Source: a virus
Reading direction: 5' to 3' (one strand)
Length of the DNA: 34,571 nt
Virus record (IMG/VR): IMGVR_UViG_3300045988_057161
Location: 1-34,571 of that record
Below, in pieces: positions 17,833 to 25,540 of the stretch; positions within the stretch are counted from its first letter, which is position 1; every line of letters starts with the position of its first letter. Below the pieces are notes generated by a model. The model was not told the origin of the DNA. It did not search any database and saw only the letters and a program-made list of their open reading frames with translations. A program made the position numbers and the translations under genes.

Positions 17833-19587
17833 TCACCATACCTTTCCGCGTCCTCTGCGGCGACTGTTTCTGTACTCTTCACGCATTATACGGGCACCAA
17901 CCATGGCGACGGCAAGGTCGATTTTTTTCCTGGACTCGCGGTGGTTCTTGGCGATGGACGGCCCCCATTTGGAGGGGACGCGGCGGGCGTGGAGCACGTG
18001 GGCGCGGAGACGGGCGTCGCCGTCGTGAAGGAGCCCGCCGGCCTCGATGTCCGCGTAGACGCGGTTGACGCCGCGGACGAACCGCTCCGTGTGGGACGGG
18101 TCGGACATGTCCCATCTGGTGGCGTGCCGCCTGGAGGCGGGCAGGCGGAGTTTCCGCCGGTAGTCGCGATGCCAGCCGTCGATGATGCCGTCCCAGAAAG
18201 CCACCATCGTTTCGTCGTCCTTCGCGTGGGACGGGTCGCACCAGAGCGCGACAGCGTTGTAGTGGTCGAGGACGTCGCGGACGCGCTGGTCGATCTCCTC
18301 GCGGGGCGCGATCCAACCGCGGGCGCGAGCATCGGGCGGCCGCTGCCACACGCCGAGAGGAAACACGGCGCCGTCGGAGATCCGACAGCCCACGAAAGCG
18401 GTCGCGTCATCCGACTTACCGCCGTCGAAAAACAAAACGAGCTCGTCGTCAGGGTCGAGCGCTGGCAGGTCCTTGGCGCAGCAGGCGTCCCATTCCTCCC
18501 TGGTCACCCACGCGTCCTCGGCGGCGGTGACCTGGTTGTACCACTTCCGCCTGGACTCGGACGCCGGCGTCTCCGGATCGAGGATATCCTGGACGATGCG
18601 GTCCGGCGACAGCCAGGTCGCGTCACCACGGACGCCTTTCACGACTTCTGGGGCGTCGTCCGCGGTCAATGGCGCCTGCGGCGGTGCCTCCAGCGTGTCG
18701 TACATAAGCCCGTAGGAGCGGATCTTCCCTGCCTGGGACTGCTCCCATGCCTCCCTAGTGGCAAGCCCCACCGACTCGACGCCAACGCGGGCGGCGTTGC
18801 AGATGTGCAGCACGCGCGCCTGCCGGTCCGGCGGCGACTTCGCGGCGTCACCGCGCACCACACCCATCATCGCGATGCCAGCGTTGGAGGCCGTCCAGTT
18901 CTGGGTCTCGTTGCAGATCGTCAGGGTGGCACGAGACCCTTCGGCAGCGTCGGGGTTCGACGTGATCGCGGTGATGAAGCCCGGGGAGCCGTCCGTGGGG
19001 CGCACGTACGTGGAGATGACGCGTATGCCGAGCTCGGACTGCACCTGGGCAGGCGCGATCGCCCGGATCGCACCCATCGTGTTCTCAGTCTGCTGCTGTG
19101 ACACGGCGAGCAGACGGATCCACGGCGTCTGCTCGCGGCGGCCACGGACACCATGCGGCGTGGATTCCGGCAGGGACGGGCCAAGGAGAGCGTTCAGGGC
19201 GATCACCCCGGCCAGCGGGTCCTTCCCCCAGCCCTTACACCGTTGCAGGACGACTGTGGGCGCCAGGAACATGCCGTCATCGCCCACTGCGTAGTACCAG
19301 AGGATGAAGCGGGCCTGCTCCGGGGTGAACGTCCACGCCCCGCCGCCCGGGCCGACCAGCGACGAGGAAGCCCAGGCAAGCACATCCCAGCCGACCGACC
19401 TATCAGGCAGCAGCCAGCGCCCGTCCTCGATAGCCCACACGGGGCCGCGCGCGGCAGGCGGCCAGGCGCAGTCCGGCATGGCCGCCGGACCGGACAGCCG
19501 TTCCCTGTACCACGCTTTGATAGCCGGCCATTCGGTCTCGTCCCATTCGCTGGCCTCGGCCGGCGCACTGTTATGCCGACGTGCCAT
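17833..19587 (-). CDS. terL: Terminase large subunit
   Basis: 584-aa ORF. It has a P-loop-like CKGWGKDPLAG in the N-terminal half and an acidic LVLFFDGGKSDDATAF nuclease-type motif in the C-terminal half. It is flanked by a TerS-like gene and the portal. Confidence 0.85.
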   Translation of the reverse strand: MARRHNSAPAEASEWDETEWPAIKAWYRERLSGPAAMPDCAWPPAARGPVWAIEDGRWLLPDRSVGWDVLAWASSSLVGPGGGAWTFTPEQARFILWYYAVGDDGMFLAPTVVLQRCKGWGKDPLAGVIALNALLGPSLPESTPHGVRGRREQTPWIRLLAVSQQQTENTMGAIRAIAPAQVQSELGIRVISTYVRPTDGSPGFITAITSNPDAAEGSRATLTICNETQNWTASNAGIAMMGVVRGDAAKSPPDRQARVLHICNAARVGVESVGLATREAWEQSQAGKIRSYGLMYDTLEAPPQAPLTADDAPEVVKGVRGDATWLSPDRIVQDILDPETPASESRRKWYNQVTAAEDAWVTREEWDACCAKDLPALDPDDELVLFFDGGKSDDATAFVGCRISDGAVFPLGVWQRPPDARARGWIAPREEIDQRVRDVLDHYNAVALWCDPSHAKDDETMVAFWDGIIDGWHRDYRRKLRLPASRRHATRWDMSDPSHTERFVRGVNRVYADIEAGGLLHDGDARLRAHVLHARRVPSKWGPSIAKNHRESRKKIDLAVAMVGARIMREEYRNSRRRGRGKVW

Positions 19588-19918
19588 GTGTCAGTCCCCA
19601 CCGCCCGGCGGCGGCCGTCGCGGCATGCTCGGAGCGGGCCAGGCGGGCCTCTTCCGTGTCGTCCTGCAGCCGGAGCGCCTTCGCAAGTGACGCCATCACG
19701 GCCCTGTGCTGCCGGATCTCCGCCAGCAGAGGGTTGGGGCGCATCTGGCCGGTCGACCCGACCGTCAGCAGGTCGCCGCCGTCTAGTTCTTTCGCCATCC
19801 GGGAGATCAGCTCCGCCTCGTGGCACATGTCGCCCAGTATCCGCACTTCAACAGGCGACAGGTCCCACTCCTCCAGCACCTCCTTGCGCAGGCGCCTAGC
19901 CGATGTCAGACGTACCAC
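19571..19918 (-). CDS. terS: Terminase small subunit (P27-family-like)
   Basis: ORF 19571..20089, trimmed to GTG 19918, which is preceded by AGGAG 7 nt upstream. The longer form would overlap the holin and the hairpin. The sequence LRKEVLEEWDLSPVEVRILGDMCHEAELISRM...MRPNPLLAEIRQHR is typical of small terminases. It overlaps the terL start by 17 nt. Confidence 0.65.
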   Translation of the reverse strand: MVRLTSARRLRKEVLEEWDLSPVEVRILGDMCHEAELISRMAKELDGGDLLTVGSTGQMRPNPLLAEIRQHRAVMASLAKALRLQDDTEEARLARSEHAATAAAGRWGLTHGTSA

Positions 19919-19952
19919 GGGAAAACTCCTAACAGTTGCGGTCAGGGCATAA

Positions 19953-19989
19953 GGATACCCCGCCAGCCGGCCGAACTGGCGGGGTATCC
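19953..19989 (-). terminator. Perfect 14-bp stem / 9-nt loop hairpin between holin and terS
   Basis: ggataccccgccag (19953-19966) and ctggcggggtatcc (19976-19989). On the minus strand it is followed by ttatgccc. It lies in the 82-nt holin-terS gap. Confidence 0.55.
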
Positions 19990-20000
19990 GCGGGGACCGG

Positions 20001-20351
20001 TCAGGCCTTGTGCTTCCCGTCGCCAGAGTCGCGCAGGGTGACACCGCCGGGAGTGACAATGCCCGCCCAGTCGAGGATCGAGACGCCATTGATCTTCACG
20101 CTCTTCAGGATGTTGAAAGCCCCGAGAACGAGGCCAGCAACAGCCAACAGCTGAGACACAGCAGCCTCAGCGGTCGCCGGGTAGGCGCCCACGAACCACG
20201 TGCCAGCAGCGATCAGAACAACAGCAGCCAGGGTCAGGGCGCGACGCTTGCCCGCAGTCCAGTACGGCTTGTCCAGGGCCGCCTGGACGAAAGGCCACGC
20301 AATGGCGGCCACAGCGGTCAGGATCGCGCTCTGCTCAGCAGTCAGATTCAT
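20001..20351 (-). CDS. Holin (three predicted TM helices)
   Basis: 116-aa ORF after the endolysin, with SD gaggagaaag. Hydrophobic segments are AILTAVAAIAWPFVQAAL, ALTLAAVVLIAAGTWFVGAY and LLAVAGLVLGAFNIL. The C-terminus is charged. Confidence 0.7.
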   Translation of the reverse strand: MNLTAEQSAILTAVAAIAWPFVQAALDKPYWTAGKRRALTLAAVVLIAAGTWFVGAYPATAEAAVSQLLAVAGLVLGAFNILKSVKINGVSILDWAGIVTPGGVTLRDSGDGKHKA

Positions 20352-20463
20352 CTTTCTCCTCTGTTGTTTCTTGACGGCCTTCTAGCCGCCCGGCCCAGTA
20401 CGCGCCCAGGATCGCCGCAGCGGCGAACCAATGGGCTGCGCACGGGACGATATGGGTGGTCAC
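20335..20463 (-). CDS. Small single-TM ORF (42 aa) between endolysin and holin. Possible holin partner or antiholin.
   Basis: My own translation: VTTHIVPCAAHWFAAAAILGAYWAGRLEGRQETTEEKDESDC. The GTG start forms a GTGA overlap with the endolysin stop, and the 3' end overlaps the holin start. GC3 is high over the TM part. It is below the ORF-track size cut-off. Confidence 0.35.
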   Translation of the reverse strand: MTTHIVPCAAHWFAAAAILGAYWAGRLEGRQETTEEKDESDC

Positions 20464-21857
20464 TTCCCAGCGGCGGGGCGCTCAACGTCGGCGGGCTTCA
20501 CAGCGGTACGGATGTCGTTGACGGCACCGTAGATCGCGCCCGCGGACTTGACGCCCTCCTGGCCGGGAGTCAGCGCGTCGAGGACCTTGTCGACCGCAGC
20601 ATGGACCGCCTTAGTCTCCTCGTAGGTCGCCTTCGCATACCAGTTCATGTCGCCGGCGAAGTGGTCGCCAGCCTGCCCGGACCTGAACAGGTCCCTGATC
20701 TCCCTGAGAAGGTCAACACCTTCAGCCATTTCCCATGCCTCCTGTCCTGCGCCGTTGGGGCGCCCGTAGTTGTACCACGACCTGCACCGGTCGCTGAAGG
20801 GTTCGCCGTACGCCTCGTAGGCGCCGTAAGCGCTACCCGAATTGTAGCGGGACCCGACACGCTTCAGGTCCTCGTAGGAGTCGCCTTCCGCGCTGATGAG
20901 GTCCCTGATGATGCCGCAGCCGACCTCGGCGGACTTCTCAGGGTCCCACCAGGCCCGGTCGGGGTCGTTGAAGAAGTAGCCGGGGTACGTGACCTGCAAC
21001 GGCCCGACGCCGTTGGACGTGGCGCCGGCGCTGATCTGCGCGTAGAAGTCCCGGAACTTCTCTTCGGTGACTTCTCCGCCGCCGCAGTAGGCGCCGCCAG
21101 CGTCGTGGCCGAAGATATTCGCCCCGTACTCGCCGGTTTCCATCCACAGGGCCGCGAGCGCCGCCCACCAAGGGCAGCCGACGTTGTCCGCGGCGCGGAG
21201 GACGGCCTGCTGCACGTACGACAGTTCGTACCCGTCGTGGCTGGCGCGGGACTGCTCCTGCGTCGGAGGGACCGGAGCCGCGGTGCCCCCGAGGTAACGG
21301 AGGCAGTGCGTCCACCGGGCTGTCTGCGTGTACAGGTGCCCTTCGTAGGACACGCACCGGCACTCGGAGCCGGTCTGGTCGCCGATGTACCCGTCGATTG
21401 ATCCGTCTTCAGCGATCCACGCCTCGGACAGGCCGTTCTTGGTGACCATGGCGACGTGGCCGGCGCCCCCTGAGGCGGCCTCGGAGAGGATCAGGTCGCC
21501 GAGCTGAAGTCCGCCGTCCGGGTAGAGGCTGCTGTCGTCCCAGTGGACGTCCTCGAAACCTCGACTGGCGGCATAGCCGCGGATGTTGCCTGTGTACGTG
21601 TCCCTGGGGAACATGACGCTGGAGTCCCAGGGCTCCCCGTCGGCGTGGAACGCGTAGTTCCAGGCAGCTGCGACACCGGCGGAGCAGTCCATGTTGGCGT
21701 CCGCGGTGAGCCAGCCGAGGTCGGTGGACCGTTCGTACGCCATCCATCGGTCGGGCTGCGAGTATCCGACGCTGTAGTCACCTCCTTGGGGTTTCCCGGG
21801 GCCGCAGGTGGCCCAGTACTCCATCTGGGCTGCGGCGGTTGCGGGTGATGCTGACAT
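20460..21857 (-). CDS. Endolysin with an N-terminal NlpC/P60- or CHAP-like cysteine peptidase and a central lytic-transglycosylase/lysozyme-like domain
   Basis: ORF 20460..21905, trimmed to ATG 21857, which is preceded by ACAGGAGGGCAG. DCSAGV...GAGHVAMV suggest a Cys/His peptidase. WMETG...GVGPLQVT...SRYNSGS resemble the SLT motifs E-S/T, GLMQ and AYNxG. The roughly 90-aa C-terminal region is of unknown function. Confidence 0.75.
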   Translation of the reverse strand: MSASPATAAAQMEYWATCGPGKPQGGDYSVGYSQPDRWMAYERSTDLGWLTADANMDCSAGVAAAWNYAFHADGEPWDSSVMFPRDTYTGNIRGYAASRGFEDVHWDDSSLYPDGGLQLGDLILSEAASGGAGHVAMVTKNGLSEAWIAEDGSIDGYIGDQTGSECRCVSYEGHLYTQTARWTHCLRYLGGTAAPVPPTQEQSRASHDGYELSYVQQAVLRAADNVGCPWWAALAALWMETGEYGANIFGHDAGGAYCGGGEVTEEKFRDFYAQISAGATSNGVGPLQVTYPGYFFNDPDRAWWDPEKSAEVGCGIIRDLISAEGDSYEDLKRVGSRYNSGSAYGAYEAYGEPFSDRCRSWYNYGRPNGAGQEAWEMAEGVDLLREIRDLFRSGQAGDHFAGDMNWYAKATYEETKAVHAAVDKVLDALTPGQEGVKSAGAIYGAVNDIRTAVKPADVERPAAGK

Positions 21858-22062
21858 CTGCCCTCCTGTCTGTCGCGCCCCGTCGGGTCGGGGCGGTTGG
21901 TCCAAGGGTAACGGGCCGGCTTCGTGGCGGCGCTCACTCGAAAACCTGGTGAATCGGGCATCGCGTCGAGTGATTGCTACCTCCGGCGGTCCTTTCCGGG
22001 GGTGGGGGGGGAGGCGGTGCCAGGGTGTTTTTTGGTTTTCGGTCGCGGATTTTTTTTCGTTT

Positions 22063-22506
22063 TCATGTGAAGCGTTCTCGCAGGCTTCGGTTTCGTGTTT
22101 CGTTTGGTTTTTCTTCGTTTTGTTTCGTTTTGTTTTTGTTTTGTGTTTGTTGTTTGTTTGGGTGCGGCGCGCGCTTGTGTTGTGTCATTGCGTGGCGTGC
22201 GGCGGCGCGTGCGAGGGTCTCGGCGGTGGTCTTGGCGTGGTGGCAGGCGTGGGACAGGGGTTGCAGGTTGTCTGTTGAATGGTTGTCTCCGGGCGTGATG
22301 TGGTCGACGTCTGTGGCGCGGCCGTTGCACCCGGCGGCGTGCCACCTCCCCGTGGGGGTGGTGGTGCCCCGGGCTGTCTGGGTGGGTGTGCCCATCGGGT
22401 GGGGGAGCCCTGCGCATTTGTTGTTGTTTCTTTGTAGGACTTGTTGTCTGAGTTTGTTCCAGTTGTTTGGGAGTCGTTGTCTGCGTGTGCTGGTGGTCCA
22501 TGCCAT
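22063..22506 (-). CDS. HNH endonuclease with a low-complexity Thr/Pro/Gln/Asn/Lys-rich insert and tail
   Basis: 147-aa ORF: RRQRLPNNWNKLRQQVLQRNNNKC...CNGRATDVDHITPGDNHSTDNLQPLSHACHHAKT. This is the classic phage HNH pattern (DH...N...CH.KT). The last roughly 35 aa are encoded by a (CAAA)n-like tract. Confidence 0.75.
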   Translation of the reverse strand: MAWTTSTRRQRLPNNWNKLRQQVLQRNNNKCAGLPHPMGTPTQTARGTTTPTGRWHAAGCNGRATDVDHITPGDNHSTDNLQPLSHACHHAKTTAETLARAAARHAMTQHKRAPHPNKQQTQNKNKTKQNEEKPNETRNRSLRERFT

Positions 22507-22521
22507 GCGCCCATCCTAGGT

Positions 22522-22586
22522 GGGGTGGTGGGGGTGGGGGGTGGTGGGGTGGTTCCTGTCTGGGTGGGGGGTGTTTGGGTTGTGGG
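22522..22586 (+). repeat. Two canonical G-quadruplex motifs on the plus strand (C-rich on the late-gene sense strand)
   Basis: GGGGTGGTGGGGGTGGGGGGTGGTGGGG (22522-22549) and GGGTGGGGGGTGTTTGGGTTGTGGG (22562-22586). Both fit G3+N1-7 x4. They lie immediately upstream of the HNH start. Confidence 0.6.
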
Positions 22587-22646
22587 TTTCTGGTGTTTGA
22601 GTTTCCCCCGGGTCGGGACTCTGGTCCTACCCTGTGCGCTGGGTCA

Positions 22647-22811
22647 TGTGGATAACCCTGTGGGTAACCTTGTGGATTGGTTGTGGATAACCTGTGGGTA
22701 AGTGGTTGTGCATACAAGTAATTCACTGCACCCCTCGAGTTATCCACAGGTGGTTGTGGGTTGTGGATTGTTGGGGTTGCAACGGAAGGTAGGGTTATCC
22801 ACTTATCCACA
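22647..22811. repeat. Cluster of DnaA-box-like / iteron 9-13-mers (TTATCCACA(GGTG) family) in both orientations
   Basis: Perfect TGTGGATAA at 22647 and 22682. Perfect TTATCCACA at 22740 and 22803. One-mismatch copies at 22659 and 22693 (TGTGGGTAA) and 22795 (TTATCCACT). Two-mismatch copies at 22671 and 22762 (TGTGGATTG). The extended unit ACCTGTGGRTAA recurs. Confidence 0.8.
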
Positions 22812-22955
22812 GGTGCCTACTATCTACTACCTAGATATCTCTGGTTTGGTGTCATAGCCCCAACGGGGCGCGTGCGAGGGAATGAGGCGCCTGGTCCTTC
22901 TGGGGACAAGGTCCCTGTCTGTGTTGGGTGGTGCGGTGAGGGCATGGAGATAGAC

Positions 22956-22991
22956 GGATCCTCCGGCACTCGTGTTGGTGCCGGAGGATCC
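22956..22991 (-). terminator. Intrinsic-terminator-like hairpin ending the leftward early (replication) operon
   Basis: Perfect 14-bp arms ggatcctccggcac (22956-22969) and gtgccggaggatcc (22978-22991) with an 8-nt loop. It begins 8 nt after the stop of the 70-aa membrane protein gene. Confidence 0.6.
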
Positions 22992-22998
22992 TGGGCTG

Positions 22999-23211
22999 TC
23001 AGCGGCGGTGGAAGCCTGGATGGGCGCCGTGCTTACGGGCCCAGCGGATGGGGCGCAGTGAGGCGAGGCAGACGGCGGAGACGACCGTCCAGAGGAGGCT
23101 GGTGGAGATGTCGAGTTCCCCGGCGGTGAAGCCGGCATACCAGAGGAGTGCGGCGTGGATGGCGGAGAGGATGCCGGCGGCGAGCGCGACGGCGTAGAGG
23201 GTGCGGGTCAT
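22999..23211 (-). CDS. Small membrane protein (2 TM), unknown function
   Basis: 70-aa ORF with SD aagggag 6 nt upstream. Hydrophobic segments are LYAVALAAGILSAIHAALLWYAGF and LLWTVVSAVCLASL. Confidence 0.6.
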   Translation of the reverse strand: MTRTLYAVALAAGILSAIHAALLWYAGFTAGELDISTSLLWTVVSAVCLASLRPIRWARKHGAHPGFHRR

Positions 23212-23359
23212 TGCAGTCTCCCTTATCGGTTGGTGTCAGTGTTCTTATAGTACCCAGCCCCTCGTCTGCTCGGAGGCCGTGTAAGCGGCGCTGCCGGCCT
23301 AACGGCCCCCCCCTGCACCCGAGTACCGGGCGAGGGGGGAACGTTCGCCTATGCGCCTG

Positions 23360-24613
23360 TCAGCGGCCTTGTGGGGTGGGTTCTGCGAGGATGGCCATGG
23401 CGGGTTGGCGGATGAGCTCGGTGCTGCCTGTCGCTCCGTGTCGGTTCTTGGCTACGGACACGGCGAGTCGCGTCTTGTCGGGTATGCCGTTGCGGACGGG
23501 CAGGGACAGCAGGGTGACGGTGTCCGCGTCCTGCTCGATGCTGCCTGACTCGCGGAGGTCGGCGAGCTTCGGGGCGAGGTCGTCTCTCATCTCGGAGGCG
23601 CGGGACAGCTGCGACAGGGCGAACACAGGAACGTCCAGTCCGAGGGCCAGCTCCTTCAACGCGCGGGATTGGTAGGTGACCATCTCCCTGAGTGAGGAGC
23701 CGGGCACGCCACGAGACGGGGCGAGGAGTTGCATGTGGTCGACAACGACGGCGCCGAGCTTCTTCTTGTGGTGGAGGGTGCGCGCGAGGGCGGCGACCTG
23801 TTCGACGGACATGCCGGCTTTGTCGCTGATGTGGATGGGCAGGGCTGCGATCTGGGCGGCGGCGCGGTTGAGGGTGTCGGCGATGTCGGCGGGTGCTGCC
23901 TCTGCCCTGGTCGTGTACTTCAGGGGGGCGCCTGTGGCTTGGGACAGGAGCCTGGGGAGCAGCTCGCGGGCCGGCATCTCCATGGACGTGTAGAGGACGT
24001 GCCGGCCGCCGCGGGCGGCGCATGCGGTGAGGTACAGGCCGTAGAGGGTTTTGCCGACTGCGGGTCGGGCGCCGATGACGTGGAGTCCTCCGTCGCGGTG
24101 CAGGCCGACGATGTCATTGACTGCGGCCCAGGGGGTGTGGACGCCGGTCGCTTTCTTGGCTGTGTACCACTGGTCGATGAGGGTCGGCATGGAGATGGTG
24201 TCTCCGTCGGGGGCGGTGCTGCCGATGCGGGACTGTGCCCAGGAGGCGACTTCGGCTGCGGTGGAGTCTCCTTGGAGGAGCTGTTCGGCGCGTGTGAGCA
24301 CGTCGTGGACGTCGCGTTTGGCGGAGGCTTCCTGAACGAGACGGGCGTAGCGGTCCGCGTCTGCTGGGTTCAGGGACGCGTGCACGCAGTCGAGGATGTC
24401 TTTCCCGGTGGCCGGCTTGCGGACCTCGGCGAGAACGGAAGCGGGGGTGGGGGTTCTGCCCATTGCCCAGTGGTCGCGGATGATTCCCCAGATGGCGGCG
24501 TACCTGGTGTTGGCGATCATGTCTGGCGTCGTTGACCAGGTGGTATCTGTTTGTGCTTCGTTGCCTGCGAGGGCGGAGCCGATGAGGCATTGTTCAATGG
24601 TGGTGGTTTCCAT
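23360..24613 (-). CDS. dnaB: Replicative DNA helicase (DnaB family)
   Basis: 417-aa ORF. It has the N-terminal IEQCLIGSAL motif, Walker A GARPAVGKT, SMEMPAREL, Walker B VVVDHMQLL and LRESGSIEQDADTV. Confidence 0.9.
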   Translation of the reverse strand: METTTIEQCLIGSALAGNEAQTDTTWSTTPDMIANTRYAAIWGIIRDHWAMGRTPTPASVLAEVRKPATGKDILDCVHASLNPADADRYARLVQEASAKRDVHDVLTRAEQLLQGDSTAAEVASWAQSRIGSTAPDGDTISMPTLIDQWYTAKKATGVHTPWAAVNDIVGLHRDGGLHVIGARPAVGKTLYGLYLTACAARGGRHVLYTSMEMPARELLPRLLSQATGAPLKYTTRAEAAPADIADTLNRAAAQIAALPIHISDKAGMSVEQVAALARTLHHKKKLGAVVVDHMQLLAPSRGVPGSSLREMVTYQSRALKELALGLDVPVFALSQLSRASEMRDDLAPKLADLRESGSIEQDADTVTLLSLPVRNGIPDKTRLAVSVAKNRHGATGSTELIRQPAMAILAEPTPQGR

Positions 24614-24634
24614 TTGTGTGTTCTCCGAGTGGGT

Positions 24635-25540
24635 TCAGTTGTTGGTTGCGTTGTTCCACATGGCTGCGATGTTGGCCATGAGTTCGGGGGTGGCTTCCGC
24701 GTTGATGAGTTCGGGGTTGTCGACGCGCGGGTTGCCGAGGAGGTTGTCGGTGTCGGCTGGCGTGTGGGGCTGGTAGTTCTCCCAGTCGTGGTCTTCGAGC
24801 CAGCGGCGTGCGGTGCGGATGTATCGGGCGGGTGTTTCCCGTCGGCGGCATTGGTCTGCGTAGGCGCGTGCGCCGTCGGTGATTTCCCGGGCTGTGGCGT
24901 GCTGTCGGGCTTTCTGCCAGTCCCGGATGGTGGCTTTGCTGCCCGGGTAGACCTCGTTGAATTCGGCTCGTTCCTGGGCTTCCTGCGATTTCCGGGCCTG
25001 CTTCTTGGCTGCGGCCTTGTCGCGTTTGGCTCGCGCGCGGGCGATGTCGTCTTCGCGGACTCGGTCGGCGACCGGGGTGAGCGGCTTGTATGTGCGCTGT
25101 TCAGTGACTCGGTCGTGGCTGACGGCGCCTGCGGCTACGAGGCCGTCGTGGTTGAGGAGGGCGTCGAGGTGAATGGCGTATTCGTTGGCGCTGCCCGGGG
25201 CCTGGCGGCTTTCGATGATGCCGAGTTCGGCGAGGTGGTCGAGTGCCCGGGTGACCGTGGCACGCGACTGTCCGGAGCGTTGTTCGATGGCGGCCTTCGA
25301 CGGGTAGATATGTTCGCAGTTCCACCAGGTGCAGAGTGCGGTGAGGGTGGCGATGTCTCCGCCTGTGAGGTCGTGACGCTTCCAGTAGGAGCGTATGTTG
25401 ATGGCGCCGATGATCTGAGTGTTGTAGTACTCCGTGTTTGTCCTCGCGTTGTGTTGGTTGTTGTGTTCGCCGGCTTGTTGGTTGGGGCCCGGGGGGCTTC
25501 GTGGCTCTACCCGGGCCCCGCGCCGGCCTCCGGGGAACAC
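24635..25540 (-). CDS. Replication initiator / helicase-loader-like protein with a winged-HTH (DnaD / phage O-like). The start is uncertain.
   Basis: The recognisable part of ORF 24635..25879 is TALCTWWNCEHIYPSKAAIEQRSGQSRATVTRALDHLAELGIIESRQ (wHTH) plus a basic/helical C-terminus. It is directly upstream of dnaB. The full 414-aa ORF would run through the operator/promoter region. GTG 25540 or TTG 25570 are the nearest in-frame starts, and neither has a good SD. Confidence 0.55.
   Translation of the reverse strand: MFPGGRRGARVEPRSPPGPNQQAGEHNNQHNARTNTEYYNTQIIGAINIRSYWKRHDLTGGDIATLTALCTWWNCEHIYPSKAAIEQRSGQSRATVTRALDHLAELGIIESRQAPGSANEYAIHLDALLNHDGLVAAGAVSHDRVTEQRTYKPLTPVADRVREDDIARARAKRDKAAAKKQARKSQEAQERAEFNEVYPGSKATIRDWQKARQHATAREITDGARAYADQCRRRETPARYIRTARRWLEDHDWENYQPHTPADTDNLLGNPRVDNPELINAEATPELMANIAAMWNNATNN
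25484..25519. other. 10-bp perfect palindromic-arm hairpin inside the 5' region of the initiator ORF
   Basis: ggggcccggg (25484-25493) and cccgggcccc (25510-25519) with a 16-nt loop. Confidence 0.5.

Noticed and set aside
19919-20089. Full-length 172-aa version of the terS ORF
   Set aside because: Its first 57 codons overlap the holin 3' end and the 14-bp hairpin, and encode a Ser/Thr/Pro/Arg-rich peptide. GTG 19918 with an AGGAG SD is a much better start.
20001-21857. Lysis cassette located upstream of the terminase as a novel genome architecture
   Set aside because: The same placement is established in L5/D29-like mycobacteriophages, where the lysis genes precede the terminase. Only the intervening position relative to HNH is noted, as a low-interest finding.
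21977-22810. 277-aa minus-strand ORF rich in Pro/His/Thr/Lys/Arg
   Set aside because: It overlaps the HNH gene in another frame and runs through the G4/C-tract and the repeat cluster. It is a by-product of the stop-poor, extremely skewed composition (almost no T on this strand), not a gene.
22647-22811. Possibility that the repeated TGTGGATAA units are a CRISPR array
   Set aside because: The units are only 9-13 bp, occur in both orientations, have irregular spacing of 3-40 bp and no unique spacers of uniform length. No cas genes are present.
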